Shown: positions 16,867 through 28,834, numbered from the stretch's first letter. The stretch is DNA of 32,744 nucleotides from Polyangia bacterium (GCA_034004785.1 JAVEWA010000010.1:1-32744), one strand, 5' to 3'. The notes: generated by a model from the letters alone, not told the origin. Translations and numbers: made by a program.

Positions 16867-17685
16867 CTAGCGGCCTCCGGGCGCGCCAACCGGCACGGCA
16901 TCCACGGGCAGATCCTGGGAAGGGAAAGTCGTTGGCAGGACCACGTCCCGTACGAGGCCGTCGAGCACATGGGCGGGCAGATCCCCGGTAATGGAGTAGC
17001 CCACCCCCCGGTGGGAGAAGGTCGCCACGGGCCGTCCGGCCTCCGCTCCGTAGAAGACCTTGGTGTTGCCCACCAGCCGGGCCGTCTTTCCGGAAAAGGC
17101 CTGGCCGTGCGGTTTGAACATGAGGACCGAGAAGGGCTGGTCCCCGTGCCGGTACAAGAGGTGAGCGGCCTCGCGGGTCTCGAGCTGGCCGATTCTTGCT
17201 CCCATGAGAGTGGTCCGCCGGTCGTTGAACCTGGGTGGATCGACCTGAAATCCCAGCTTGTCCCTGTAGAAAGCCCTCACGGTCCGAGGATCCTGGCTCT
17301 CCACCTGGAAAGTGCGCGCGGGCCCCGAGGCTTCCTTTTCGGCCTGGTCTCGACCTAGGAGCGCGAGGCCCACGAGCAGGGCGGCGGCGCCGGTCGCCGG
17401 GACGAGCCCCATGGCCCAGCGCCATGCCGGGTGGCTCGCGGGGCGGGGCGCGGCGTTTTCCAGGGTGGACCGGATCCTGAGGCGGAGGGCCTCCCGCTCG
17501 TCCAGCCTGAGGTAGGGCGGCCCTAGGCTCGTGCGGAGCTGCTGCTTGAAGCGCTGCTCGAAGGTCGCGAGGCGCCTGCAGGCGGCACATTCCGCGAGGT
17601 GCCTTTCGAAGTCGGCCCGATCCTCGCTTGCGAACTCGCGGTCCAGATAGACGTGAATGAACTTCTCCATGTCCTGACAGTTCAT
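16867..17685 (-). CDS. Membrane-spanning anti-sigma factor (zf-HC2 / RsiW-ChrR-type N-terminal domain, one TM helix, ~170-aa extracytoplasmic domain)
   Basis: N-terminal H-x3-C-x2-C (FERHLAECAACRR) is the zf-HC2 anti-sigma motif. The hydrophobic helix is MGLVPATGAAALLVGLALLG. It begins 3 nt after the ECF sigma gene's stop. Confidence 0.7.
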   Translation of the reverse strand: MNCQDMEKFIHVYLDREFASEDRADFERHLAECAACRRLATFEQRFKQQLRTSLGPPYLRLDEREALRLRIRSTLENAAPRPASHPAWRWAMGLVPATGAAALLVGLALLGRDQAEKEASGPARTFQVESQDPRTVRAFYRDKLGFQVDPPRFNDRRTTLMGARIGQLETREAAHLLYRHGDQPFSVLMFKPHGQAFSGKTARLVGNTKVFYGAEAGRPVATFSHRGVGYSITGDLPAHVLDGLVRDVVLPTTFPSQDLPVDAVPVGAPGGR

Positions 17686-17688
17686 GGC

Positions 17689-18363
17689 TCAGCGCTTCCG
17701 TTGGCTCCGATACTCGGTTAGGTCTGCAACCTTCGCCCGTTTACCAGGCGCTTCGAGCCCGGAGGACTCCTGGTCCTCGACTGCGTCGCCCGCCTCGACC
17801 AGGCCCCGGTCTATCGCATGACGCAGAAGGAGGCCCTGGAGCATCCGCCTCGCCCGAAAGAGGCGGCTCATCACGGTGCCCACGGGGCAGTCCATGATCT
17901 CCGCGATCTCCTTGTAGGAGAACTCCTCCACATCCGAGAGGATGACCGCCATCCTGAAGTCGGCAGGCAGCTGGCCTAGGGCCGCCTGGATGTCCTCGGA
18001 CATGAGGTGATCCAGGGCCCTCTCCTCGGCCGACTGCGCCTCTCTGGTTGGCCCTTGGGCGAGGACATGCGCCTGGTGTCCGCCGTCCTCCACCCTCCGC
18101 CGGAGCTCTCGCTCCCTCTGGTTTTTTCGGTATCTGCTGTGGAAGGCGTTAGTCAGGATCTTGAAGATCCACGCCTTGAAGTTCGTGCCCCGCTCGTAGC
18201 GATCCATGAAGCGGTAGGCCTTGAGGCAGGCGTCCTGAAGGAGATCCTCCGCTTCCTGGGGGCTTCGCGTCAGGCGGAGGGCGGTGCCGTAGAGGGCGTC
18301 CAGGTGGGGCAAAAGGAGCCCCTCGAACTCGTCACGGCGTTTTTCCTCGCGGCCTAGGCGCAT
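17689..18363 (-). CDS. ECF (sigma-70 family, group 4) RNA polymerase sigma factor with ~50-aa charged C-terminal tail; the track ORF extends to 18432 but ATG 18363 with GAGG-N6 is the likelier start
   Basis: Region 2 LLQDACLKAYRFMDRYERGTNFKAWIFKILTN and region 4 LSDVEEFSYKEIAEIMDCPVGTVMSRLFRAR are classic ECF sigma sequences. It is paired with a downstream anti-sigma gene. Confidence 0.8.
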   Translation of the reverse strand: MRLGREEKRRDEFEGLLLPHLDALYGTALRLTRSPQEAEDLLQDACLKAYRFMDRYERGTNFKAWIFKILTNAFHSRYRKNQRERELRRRVEDGGHQAHVLAQGPTREAQSAEERALDHLMSEDIQAALGQLPADFRMAVILSDVEEFSYKEIAEIMDCPVGTVMSRLFRARRMLQGLLLRHAIDRGLVEAGDAVEDQESSGLEAPGKRAKVADLTEYRSQRKR

Positions 18364-18444
18364 CTGGGACCTCGTGGGCCGAAACCCCTGGGTCCGGTTG
18401 TTTATTCCGGATGGGCCCTCGCTACCTGTCATGTCAGCTCATCG

Positions 18445-18459
18445 CGGAAGAAGCTTCCG
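18445..18459. other. Short perfect palindrome CGGAAG-aag-CTTCCG next to a 40-bp AT-rich island (18460-18500), between the secA stop and the ECF sigma gene
   Basis: Read from the sequence. The AT-rich stretch ataatcatgcaatatcaatgtgctttattgag stands out against the GC-rich background. Confidence 0.3.
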
Positions 18460-18514
18460 TCATAATCATGCAATATCAATGTGCTTTATTGAGATGTACG
18501 GTGCTGTGGAGCGC

Positions 18515-21565
<3,051 letters not shown>

Positions 21566-21735
21566 GGCTGGGCTCCTCCTGCGATGGACCCTATACCACA
21601 GGTTCCCCCGGGGATGAAGGCGCGCACCTGGGCAGCGTCACAAAAGAAGCGGGGCCCGGCACTGGCCGGGCCCCGCAGGGAGGAGCGAGAGCCCGGGCGG
21701 AGGTGGCGCATCACCTCCGCCCGGGCCAAGAGGCC

Positions 21736-22887
21736 TCAGGGAGTCACGCACAGGGCGTCGGCGCAGACCTCGCCGGGATCGCACTGGGAGCTCATCACGC
21801 ACTCGGGCACCGCGTCGAAGCAGTATCCCAGGTGACAGGTGGGCATCCCGCAGGCGATGCAGTCGTTGTCTTCGAGGCAGGGCGTGCGGCAGACGCCGTC
21901 CACGCACTCCTCGATGCCGTTGCAGTCGGTGTTGAAGGCGCACTCGGGAGTGGCTGTGGTGTCGGCCACGCAGAAGCCGCTGTCGCAGCGATCCTCCGGG
22001 TTGGGGCAGTCGGAGTCCTCGATGCAGCCAGCCAGGCAGTTGCCGTTCACGCAGATCTCGCCCTCGGAGCAGTCGCCGTTCAACACGCAGGCCGTGCCGG
22101 GAGTCTCCACGTTCTCGCAGTGGCCGCCAACGCAGGCCTGGCCGCTGCCGCACTCGGTGTCGTCGATGCAGGCTGCCATGCAGATCCCGTTCACGCAGAC
22201 GCCGCCGTCGCACTGCTCGTCGAACTGGCAGGTCTCGCCCGGGCCCGGGCCAGGGATGGCCTGGCAGGCGCCGTCCACGCACCGCTCGCCCTCATCGCAG
22301 CCGGTGTTGTCCTGGCACTCGGGGCCGGGGTCGCCGGGTACACAGGTCCCGCGCTCGTCGCAGACGGGCGCCGCGGGGTCGGTGCAGTCAGTGGCGTCGG
22401 CGCAAGTGGTGCTCTCGATGCAGGCGCCGCCCTCGCAGTAGAAGCCAACCGAGCAGTCTCCGTTCGCCGCGCAGTCGGGCTGCACCTGCTCAGGGACGCA
22501 CCGGAAGGCGCCCTCGTCGCACACCATGTCGAGGGGGCAGTCGGCGTTTGTCTCGCACACGAGGTCGTCGGTGCAGACTCCCCTCGCCGGGTCGCACTGG
22601 AGTCCCTCGGGGCAGTCCCAGTCCTCGAAGCAGAGGTAGCTGTCATGGCACTGGCCCGCCGCGTTATCGCAGTAGGACCATGCGTCACACTCGGAGTCCT
22701 CCGAGCAAACCCACGGCGAGCAGTTCTCGCCGTGGCAGTCGCACCAGAAGAGGAGCCCGTCGTCGTCCACCCATGCCTCGGTTGGACAGTTGGGCTCGGG
22801 ATCATCGTCACAGTAGACCCACCAACAGCCCGCGCTCGGCAGGGTCATCGCCAGGACAGTCGCGACGGTCAATGTGATGCGTTTCAT
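21736..22887 (-). CDS. Secreted lipoprotein composed almost entirely of ~12 tandem 6-Cys modules (C-x-D/N-x-D-C-x-x-G-x-x-C-x-x-G-x-C type)
   Basis: The signal peptide plus lipobox is MKRITLTVATVLAMTLPSAGC. 72 Cys occur in 383 aa with regular spacing (…CVDGACQAIPG…, …CVNGICMAACIDDTECGSGQACVGGHCENV…). The overlapping plus-strand 480-aa Ala-rich ORF is the GC artefact. Confidence 0.7.
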   Translation of the reverse strand: MKRITLTVATVLAMTLPSAGCWWVYCDDDPEPNCPTEAWVDDDGLLFWCDCHGENCSPWVCSEDSECDAWSYCDNAAGQCHDSYLCFEDWDCPEGLQCDPARGVCTDDLVCETNADCPLDMVCDEGAFRCVPEQVQPDCAANGDCSVGFYCEGGACIESTTCADATDCTDPAAPVCDERGTCVPGDPGPECQDNTGCDEGERCVDGACQAIPGPGPGETCQFDEQCDGGVCVNGICMAACIDDTECGSGQACVGGHCENVETPGTACVLNGDCSEGEICVNGNCLAGCIEDSDCPNPEDRCDSGFCVADTTATPECAFNTDCNGIEECVDGVCRTPCLEDNDCIACGMPTCHLGYCFDAVPECVMSSQCDPGEVCADALCVTP

Positions 22888-23464
22888 GGCACTCCTCCAA
22901 GGCTAGCGGTTCTTCCGCGTGCCAAACTGTGCAATATCCGGGCCAGAAGCTTGTATCAGCCTGCCAAATCGGTCCCTAGCGGCCAAAGGAGAGCGCAGAC
23001 AGGGACCCGACTCAGCAGCTTCGAAGCAATCATACCTGATTTCGGCATGTTGGTCGAGGGTGGATTACCAATGGGCGCCCATGTTTCCATCAGGAGACTT
23101 GCTTGGTCGAGTTGGCCTCGAGCGGGCCTCGAGCGGGCACTGTAAGGATCGGTTCACAGACGCCCCCGACGAGCTGTGAAGCAGATGTCACAGTTTCACT
23201 GGATCCAGAGAAGGGGATCCGGCGCTCGGGATCCCGAAGGCAGGGACACCTGGCCAGCCTGTCGCCCGAGCTCCCCGGCGCTCTCGAAAGCCCATTGATA
23301 TAAAAGTGTATTTCTGGATCCACCCCTGTTTTCGAAGGGCCACACACGGGCCGGGGAGCTGGGGGACGCCCCAGCCGGCCCAGCATGAGGGGCAGGATGG
23401 CTCCTGCTCAGCGTCTCGGAGGGCAGCCGTTTGTGGCTGATGGGAATCGAAAAGGGTCTCCCCT

Positions 23465-24412
23465 CTAGTGCGCGGTGTGCTCAACTGCGGCGCACACTGC
23501 TTCCTTGATCGTGCGAAGCGCCTTGAAGCCGAGGTCCTCACGGGCGCGGGAGCCATCCACCATGCACACGTAGCGCAGGTGGGCGAGCTCGGTGCCCCGG
23601 AAGGGCGCGCGGCCGAGGTTCCAAAAGACCTTCGAAAGGAGAGGCGCCGCGAAGTGGGGGATGTGAAAAGGTTTTTTGCGCGCCTCCCTGACGAGGACGG
23701 ACAGCGGCACCTCCGATGGCCCCACGACGTTGTAGATGCCCCGGATCCCGGGCGCGAGGGCCAGGGCAATGGCGTCCACCACGTCTTCCTCGTGGATCAC
23801 CTGGATCATGGGATCGAAGCCCATGAGCATGGGCACCCGCTCCATCCTGAGCCAGTTGGAGGGAGCGTTGGCCACCTGACCCAGGATGTGCACCGGCCGC
23901 AAGATGACGGTCTCCCCTTCGGAGTACTTCCAGAAGAAGGAGCTCGTCAGCATGTCCGCTTCGACGAGGGTCATGGCTCCAGGGTCGTCCTGGGCCGCCA
24001 TGAGCGGTGCGTCCTCGTTCAGGAACTGCGAGTTCTCGGGTCTCGGGCCATATACCGCGGCGGAGGAGAGCACCACCACCTTTGGGACCTTGTAGTGCTG
24101 GCAGTACTCGAGGAGGTGCTGGGTTCCCACCACGTTCCATTCGTGGTGCACCCTCCTCGAAAGGCGGGGATCGTGCATCAGCCCGAGGTGCACGAGCGCC
24201 GAGACGCGCCTGGACCTGAAGACGTCCCTGGTGCGCTTGGACCGCAGGTCCACCCGGGCGTGGATCAAGTCGGCGGGCTTGTCCTCGAAGGGGCGTCGGT
24301 CGATGCCCACGATCTCCACGCCGCCCTGGCGGTGGAGCTTCTTTGCCAGGAGGCGGCCGAGCCTGCCTGCAACTCCCGTGATTACGATCCTGCTCGCGCC
24401 GGGGTCGTTCAT
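23465..24412 (-). CDS. NAD-dependent epimerase/dehydratase (extended SDR family)
   Basis: MNDPGASRIVITGVAGRLGRLL is the GxxGxxG Rossmann fold. YxxxK-like catalytic residues are present (SSAAVYGP). The ATG at 24412 is 9 nt downstream of the acyltransferase stop. Confidence 0.8.
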   Translation of the reverse strand: MNDPGASRIVITGVAGRLGRLLAKKLHRQGGVEIVGIDRRPFEDKPADLIHARVDLRSKRTRDVFRSRRVSALVHLGLMHDPRLSRRVHHEWNVVGTQHLLEYCQHYKVPKVVVLSSAAVYGPRPENSQFLNEDAPLMAAQDDPGAMTLVEADMLTSSFFWKYSEGETVILRPVHILGQVANAPSNWLRMERVPMLMGFDPMIQVIHEEDVVDAIALALAPGIRGIYNVVGPSEVPLSVLVREARKKPFHIPHFAAPLLSKVFWNLGRAPFRGTELAHLRYVCMVDGSRAREDLGFKALRTIKEAVCAAVEHTAH

Positions 24413-24420
24413 GTCGCGGC

Positions 24421-25275
24421 CTACCAGAAGACGTGTTTCCTGGCCTTGAGGCCCAGGTGGATCATGGACTGGATGGTGTTTCTCACCTGCGTCACCGCGG
24501 GAGCCAGCTCGTCGTCGTCCTGGTCCGGGTCCCCTTCGAAGCGCATGGGCTCGCCGAAGTACACCCGGTACCTGGAGGGCAGGGGGATGGCGGGGAAGAA
24601 GGGTGGGAAGGGCATCAAGGGAAAGGCGGGCAGCCCCATCAGCTTGGCGAGCGGTTTCAAGTTGAAGGCGGGGGCCTGCTCCTCGGCGCCGATCACCGCC
24701 ACGGGGACGATGGGGGTCCGGGTCTCCAGGGCGAGTCGCATGAAGCCCATGCCGAAGCCTTGGAGCTGGTAGCGTTTCGAAAAAGGCTTCGACACCCCTG
24801 CCGCGCCCTCCGGGAAGACGAGGATCATCTCGTCGTCGCAAAGGAGCCGCCGGCAGTTCTCGGGAGTGCCGATTATCTGGCCCCAGCGCGACAGGACGTA
24901 GCTCACATAGGGCAAGGTCGGGACGAAGCGCTCGATCATGGAGCGCACGACCCTCGGCGGGTCTCGGTCGAACACCATGGCCGAGCCGATGACGAGCCCG
25001 TCGAAGGGGAGCTGTCCCGAGTGGTTCGAGATGAGGAGCACGCGCCCCTCCGGCACGTTCTCGGTGCCGTGCACCTCGGCGCGGAAGTAATAGTGGTACA
25101 GGATGTGCCCGATGAATACGGCCACGAGCGCCTCGTCGCGGTGGAACCCGAAGGGGTCGTAGCCGTACTCGTTCTGTCGGGTGGGGAGGGCCTGGATCTT
25201 CTGGAGAAACTCCCTGTCGAAGCGGGACTCGAGGATGCGCCGCCACCTGGAACGGCTGCTCGTGTCTCCCAGCAT
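24421..25275 (-). CDS. PlsC-family lysophospholipid acyltransferase (1-acyl-sn-glycerol-3-phosphate acyltransferase-like)
   Basis: Acyltransferase block I LLISNHSGQLPFDG (NH...D) and block III ILVFPEGAAG (FPEG) are present. Confidence 0.75.
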   Translation of the reverse strand: MLGDTSSRSRWRRILESRFDREFLQKIQALPTRQNEYGYDPFGFHRDEALVAVFIGHILYHYYFRAEVHGTENVPEGRVLLISNHSGQLPFDGLVIGSAMVFDRDPPRVVRSMIERFVPTLPYVSYVLSRWGQIIGTPENCRRLLCDDEMILVFPEGAAGVSKPFSKRYQLQGFGMGFMRLALETRTPIVPVAVIGAEEQAPAFNLKPLAKLMGLPAFPLMPFPPFFPAIPLPSRYRVYFGEPMRFEGDPDQDDDELAPAVTQVRNTIQSMIHLGLKARKHVFW

Positions 25276-25308
25276 GGCTGCCCTCCCGAAGGAAAGTGAC
25301 GGGCGCGC

Positions 25309-26691
25309 CTAGGCGCCCGGCTGCGGCGTTCCACAGAAGGGACAGAACCTGAACCCCGCGGGCACTGCCTGGCTGCACCTGATGCAGGCCTTCCCCTCGC
25401 CTCCCGGCGCCGTCTGGGGCGGGGGAGTGGAGACCGGGGGCTGTCCCTGGGGCGGGTAGCCCGGGGGCGGCATTCCAGGCACCGGAGTCGCCGCCACGGT
25501 CTGATCCGTCGCGGCGTTCGCGGCGGCGCCTGCAGCTGCGCCCGCCCCGGAGGCCCCGGCGGGGCCCGGCTGGCCTGGAGCTGGATAGCCCTGGGGCGGG
25601 TAGCCCTGGGGCGGGTAGCCCTGGGGCGGGTAGCCCTGCTGGGGCGGGTAGCCCTGCTGGGGCGGGTAGCCCTGCTGGGGCGGGTAGCCCTGGGGCGGGT
25701 AGCCCTGCTGCGGATAGCCTCCTGGCTGGGGCTGGGGCGGGTAGCCCTGCTGGGGCGGGTAGCCCTGGGGTGGATAGCCCTGGGGTGGATAGCCTTGGGG
25801 CGGGTAGCCCTGGGGCGGGTACTGGCCAGGAGCCATGCCCGGCATGGCCTGCGCCATCATTCCGGGCATCATGAAGCCCATGCCGAGCCCCATGCCCATG
25901 CCCATGCCTGCGCTGGCCATGCCGCCGCCGCCCGGGTTCTGGGCCATGTCTCGCATGGCGTAGCCGGCCTGCATCTGCTGGAAGGCCGGCATGGAGTCCT
26001 CGAAGAGGCCGAGGCCCGACCGCTCGTCGATCTTGGCCTGCACCTCCGGGGGCGGGGTGATCGCGTTGATCACCATGTCCTCTAGCTCGAGGCCGTACTT
26101 GCCGAAGTCGTCCGAGATGCGCGCCTTGGTGGCGATGCCGATCTCGTCGTACAGGCTCGGCAGATCGAGCAGCGTCTTGAGGTTCTCCCCCATGACGTCG
26201 GTCAGGCGGCCCACCACCATGTTCCGCATGAAGTCGTTCACGCCCTCGGTGGTGAACACGCCCGCCGTGCCGACGATCTTGTTCAAGAAGAGCTGCGGAT
26301 CCGAGACCCTGAAGCTCATGATGCCGAAGGAGCGCAGGCGCACCACCTTGAGCACCGAGTCCCTGAAGGTGATGGGCTCCTTCGTCCCCCACTTCTTGTT
26401 GATGAAGGTCTTGAGGTTGACGAAGTAGCACTCGGCCTTGAAGGGGGTCTTGCCGCCGAAGGGGAGGTTGATCAGCCGGTTCAGGAGCGGCAGGTTCGCC
26501 GTGGACAGGGTGTGGCGGCCCGGCCCAAAGGTGTCCAGGGCCTGGCCGCCCCGGTAGAAGATGCAGACCTGGCTCTCCCGGACTATGAGCTGTGCGCCCA
26601 TCTTCACGTCTGCTTCCCCGCTCTGGGGGAAGCGCTGCACTATCTGTTCGCCGGTCTCGTCGTGGAATTCGATGACTTCGATGAAGGCCAT
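25309..26691 (-). CDS. SPFH/Band-7 (Band_7_1-type, 'virion core protein'-like) domain protein with a long Gly/Met-rich and (Q)GYPPQ-repeat disordered region and a C-terminal zinc ribbon
   Basis: N-terminus [25 protein letters not shown]...[27 protein letters not shown] is typical of the SPFH Band_7_1 family. About 20 QGYPPQ repeats follow. The C-terminal [19 protein letters not shown] is a zinc ribbon. Confidence 0.8.
   Translation of the reverse strand: MAFIEVIEFHDETGEQIVQRFPQSGEADVKMGAQLIVRESQVCIFYRGGQALDTFGPGRHTLSTANLPLLNRLINLPFGGKTPFKAECYFVNLKTFINKKWGTKEPITFRDSVLKVVRLRSFGIMSFRVSDPQLFLNKIVGTAGVFTTEGVNDFMRNMVVGRLTDVMGENLKTLLDLPSLYDEIGIATKARISDDFGKYGLELEDMVINAITPPPEVQAKIDERSGLGLFEDSMPAFQQMQAGYAMRDMAQNPGGGGMASAGMGMGMGLGMGFMMPGMMAQAMPGMAPGQYPPQGYPPQGYPPQGYPPQGYPPQQGYPPQPQPGGYPQQGYPPQGYPPQQGYPPQQGYPPQQGYPPQGYPPQGYPPQGYPAPGQPGPAGASGAGAAAGAAANAATDQTVAATPVPGMPPPGYPPQGQPPVSTPPPQTAPGGEGKACIRCSQAVPAGFRFCPFCGTPQPGA
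25585..25830. repeat. Tandem 15/18-bp microsatellite-like repeat (ctggggcgggtagccctg and variants, ~15 copies) encoding the QGYPPQ array
   Basis: The repeat is visible directly across 25591-25826. Confidence 0.8.
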
Positions 26692-26753
26692 GGTAACTCC
26701 AACCCAGAGCGGCGTTCGCGGGAGCGCGCCGGCCCTGGCGGCGGCCAGAGGCG

Positions 26754-27233
26754 CTAGGCCTGGCCGCGGATGATCGCCTCCCGGCGGTTGAGCTTCTCGT
26801 CGAACTCCCTGAGGAGCCTCGTGAGCTTCTGGAACTCGGGAGCCACGTTGCCCCCCTCCATGAGGACGTTCTCGATCTCCTGGACCTGCGCCCGTACTGC
26901 GTTGCGATCGTCCACGAGGCCCTTGTCGAACTCCTCCACCTGCAGGACCATCTGGGTCTCTGCGCCCGAGCCGAACATCCCGTCGTGGAAGCCGTAGTTG
27001 GCGAAGCGCAGCCTGTCCCGCACCTTGGTCATGACCTTGGTGGCCTGATCAGCCGGGTTCAGGGCGGCGAGGTTTCCGCCGTGGGACAGCTCCGCCTTGG
27101 CGCTCTCCAGCTTGGTGGAGTCCTCTCCGAGCTGCTTCGAAAGGTAGTCCCTGAACAGCTTGTCGGTCTCGCGGGACTCGTCCCGCTGCCGGTAGCCCTT
27201 GTAGCCAGGAATCAAGTAGTCGAGCACTGCCAT
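26754..27233 (-). CDS. Hypothetical cytoplasmic protein (159 aa), putative second gene of an SPFH operon
   Basis: ATG at 27233 with GGAGGG about 10 nt upstream. It lies 15 nt after the upstream membrane-protein gene and 62 nt before the SPFH gene, with no overlapping plus-strand alternative. I recognise no domain in it. Confidence 0.5.
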   Translation of the reverse strand: MAVLDYLIPGYKGYRQRDESRETDKLFRDYLSKQLGEDSTKLESAKAELSHGGNLAALNPADQATKVMTKVRDRLRFANYGFHDGMFGSGAETQMVLQVEEFDKGLVDDRNAVRAQVQEIENVLMEGGNVAPEFQKLTRLLREFDEKLNRREAIIRGQA

Positions 27234-27248
27234 GGATCGCGCCCTCCG

Positions 27249-27584
27249 TCAGGATTTCTGCTCGCTCGAGGAGCGAGCGCGGATGAAGCCGACCGCCACC
27301 AGCACGGCCACCAGGAGGATCAAGAATGGCCAGAGCTTACTGAAGGACAGGTTCGTGACGTTCGATGCCAGCCAAAGGCCGAAAAGCCCCATGATGCCGA
27401 GGCCCGCCTCCAGAAGGCCGCCCAGCACGAACCAGACGCCCACCCCGATGAAGATGGCGGGCCAGGTCTTGCCGATGCCAGGTCCGGGGTAGGTGTAGGC
27501 GGACAGGAACATCCCGGCCACCACGACGAGCATCAGGATGGCGCCGAAGGCCATGCCGGCGCTCGCAGGTTTCTTCGCTCGCAT
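27249..27584 (-). CDS. Small integral membrane protein (111 aa, three predicted TM helices)
   Basis: Hydrophobic segments FGAILMLVVVAGMFL, WPAIFIGVGVWFVLGGLL and LWPFLILLVAVLVAVGFI. GGGAGG lies 5 nt upstream of the ATG. Confidence 0.5.
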   Translation of the reverse strand: MRAKKPASAGMAFGAILMLVVVAGMFLSAYTYPGPGIGKTWPAIFIGVGVWFVLGGLLEAGLGIMGLFGLWLASNVTNLSFSKLWPFLILLVAVLVAVGFIRARSSSEQKS

Positions 27585-27766
27585 GAAAACCTCCCAGATC
27601 CGTCATGGATCCGCGTCGGGGTATCCTGTCACAGCCCAATTCTGGATGCAAGGACTGGGCATCGCCCAAAGAGGGGAACCCGCCGCGACCTTGGTTCATT
27701 CCTCGGGCCATGGCTTGACATGTGTTTCGAATGTGCTTTCGTAGGGCCTTGCCCTGCCCGCGCGCC

Positions 27767-28834
27767 ATGGCCCACTCGGCCGACGTCGCCCTAGCCTTGA
27801 GCATAGCCATGTCTTGCATCGGCTGTGGGGGGCGGCGACCGGCGGATGGAGCCGCGAGGCCGGCGGATCCCGCGGCGCACTCGAGGAGCGAGGAGGCTCG
27901 CTGGGCCGCCCTCGCCATGCCCCACAGGAGGGTCAGGGAGGCCCTCGGCGGCCACCGGTTCGAGGCGCGGCACGAGGTGAGCTCGAGGATCGGGGAGGAG
28001 CCAGGGCGGGCCTTGGTGGAGGAGTACCTCCTCGAGTGCGGCCCCAAGGGGGACTGCCACGGCAGGCTGAACAACTCCCGGGAGTATGGCGTGGAGTTCG
28101 TGCGGATCGGCGAGGCGACGTTCTTCAGGCACCGGTATCAGGATTTCCTGAGGTTCTCGGAGGAGCGGGAGGAGTCGGAGCGCCGGGTGGAGCACCTCTT
28201 CGGCATCGGCGAGGCGACCCTGGAGCTCCTCTACTCCGGGGTTCGGCTCCTGCCGGCAGGCGAGGCAGCCATCGAGGGTCGGAAGGCGGCTCGCTATCGG
28301 CTGACTTCGAGCAAGATGCCCCGGCCAGTCGCCGGGACGAGGGGCGTCAAGGCCTGGCGGGCTCGCCTGAAGGTGGAGCGGGCAGATGGCGAGCTCTGGC
28401 TCGAGAAAGACACGGGCGCTCCAGTCCGGGTCGAGGTTCGCTATCGGGTGTCGGCGCCCAAGGGAGGTCGGATGGTCGTGTTGACCGGGTCCCTGCGCAC
28501 GGAGATCAAGGCGATAGGCAAACCCGTCGAGGTGAAGCCTCCTCCCCGGTTCACGGAGGCCTCGCCCAGGGACAGGGAGAGCCTGGACCTGCGGGCCCTC
28601 CTCGGGGATCACAGGCTGAACCCGGGCTGGTTCCGAGGCGGCGGGCCGCATGCCGCCAGGGATCGAGAGCGCGGCCAAAGGCCTACGCCCCCTGGGAGCC
28701 AGGTGGGTCCCGCCGGCATGGGTCCCGGGGTTACCAGGACCATGGGGCCCGGTCCCCGGGCCGCCGGGGAGGATCCCGCAAGCTCGCCCCGGCCCGCGGC
28801 CCGTCCCCGGCCCGCGCCCTCGGGCGCGCCATGA
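27767..28834 (+). CDS. Hypothetical secreted protein or lipoprotein with a Gly/Pro/Arg-rich C-terminal tail; start uncertain (27722 GTG, 27767 ATG or 27809 ATG)
   Basis: The N-terminus ALALSIAMSCIGCGG is signal/lipobox-like. A perfect TTGACA lies at 27715-27720. Its 3' end overlaps the tsaC start as ATGA. Confidence 0.45.
   Translation: MAHSADVALALSIAMSCIGCGGRRPADGAARPADPAAHSRSEEARWAALAMPHRRVREALGGHRFEARHEVSSRIGEEPGRALVEEYLLECGPKGDCHGRLNNSREYGVEFVRIGEATFFRHRYQDFLRFSEEREESERRVEHLFGIGEATLELLYSGVRLLPAGEAAIEGRKAARYRLTSSKMPRPVAGTRGVKAWRARLKVERADGELWLEKDTGAPVRVEVRYRVSAPKGGRMVVLTGSLRTEIKAIGKPVEVKPPPRFTEASPRDRESLDLRALLGDHRLNPGWFRGGGPHAARDRERGQRPTPPGSQVGPAGMGPGVTRTMGPGPRAAGEDPASSPRPAARPRPAPSGAP

Noticed and set aside
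16775-17590. 271-aa and 188-aa ORFs overlapping the anti-sigma gene
   Set aside because: They are off-frame or antisense. The retained frame has a zf-HC2 motif, a TM helix, and an operon position right after the sigma gene.
21703-23145. 480-aa plus-strand Ala/Gly-rich ORF
   Set aside because: It is the antisense frame of the Cys-rich lipoprotein gene. It has no signal, motif or RBS, whereas the minus-strand gene has a signal peptide, a lipobox and periodic Cys.
23465-26431. 988-aa minus-strand ORF
   Set aside because: It is a composite reading frame. Only its last 315 codons (23465-24412) are the SDR epimerase. Upstream it runs out-of-frame across the acyltransferase and SPFH genes and translates to Arg/Pro/Gly low-complexity typical of GC-rich off-frames.
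27814-28830. 5' part of the 537-aa plus ORF
   Set aside because: It is a spurious upstream extension of tsaC that overlaps the out-of-frame lipoprotein gene. tsaC's conserved sequence begins at the ATG at 28831.
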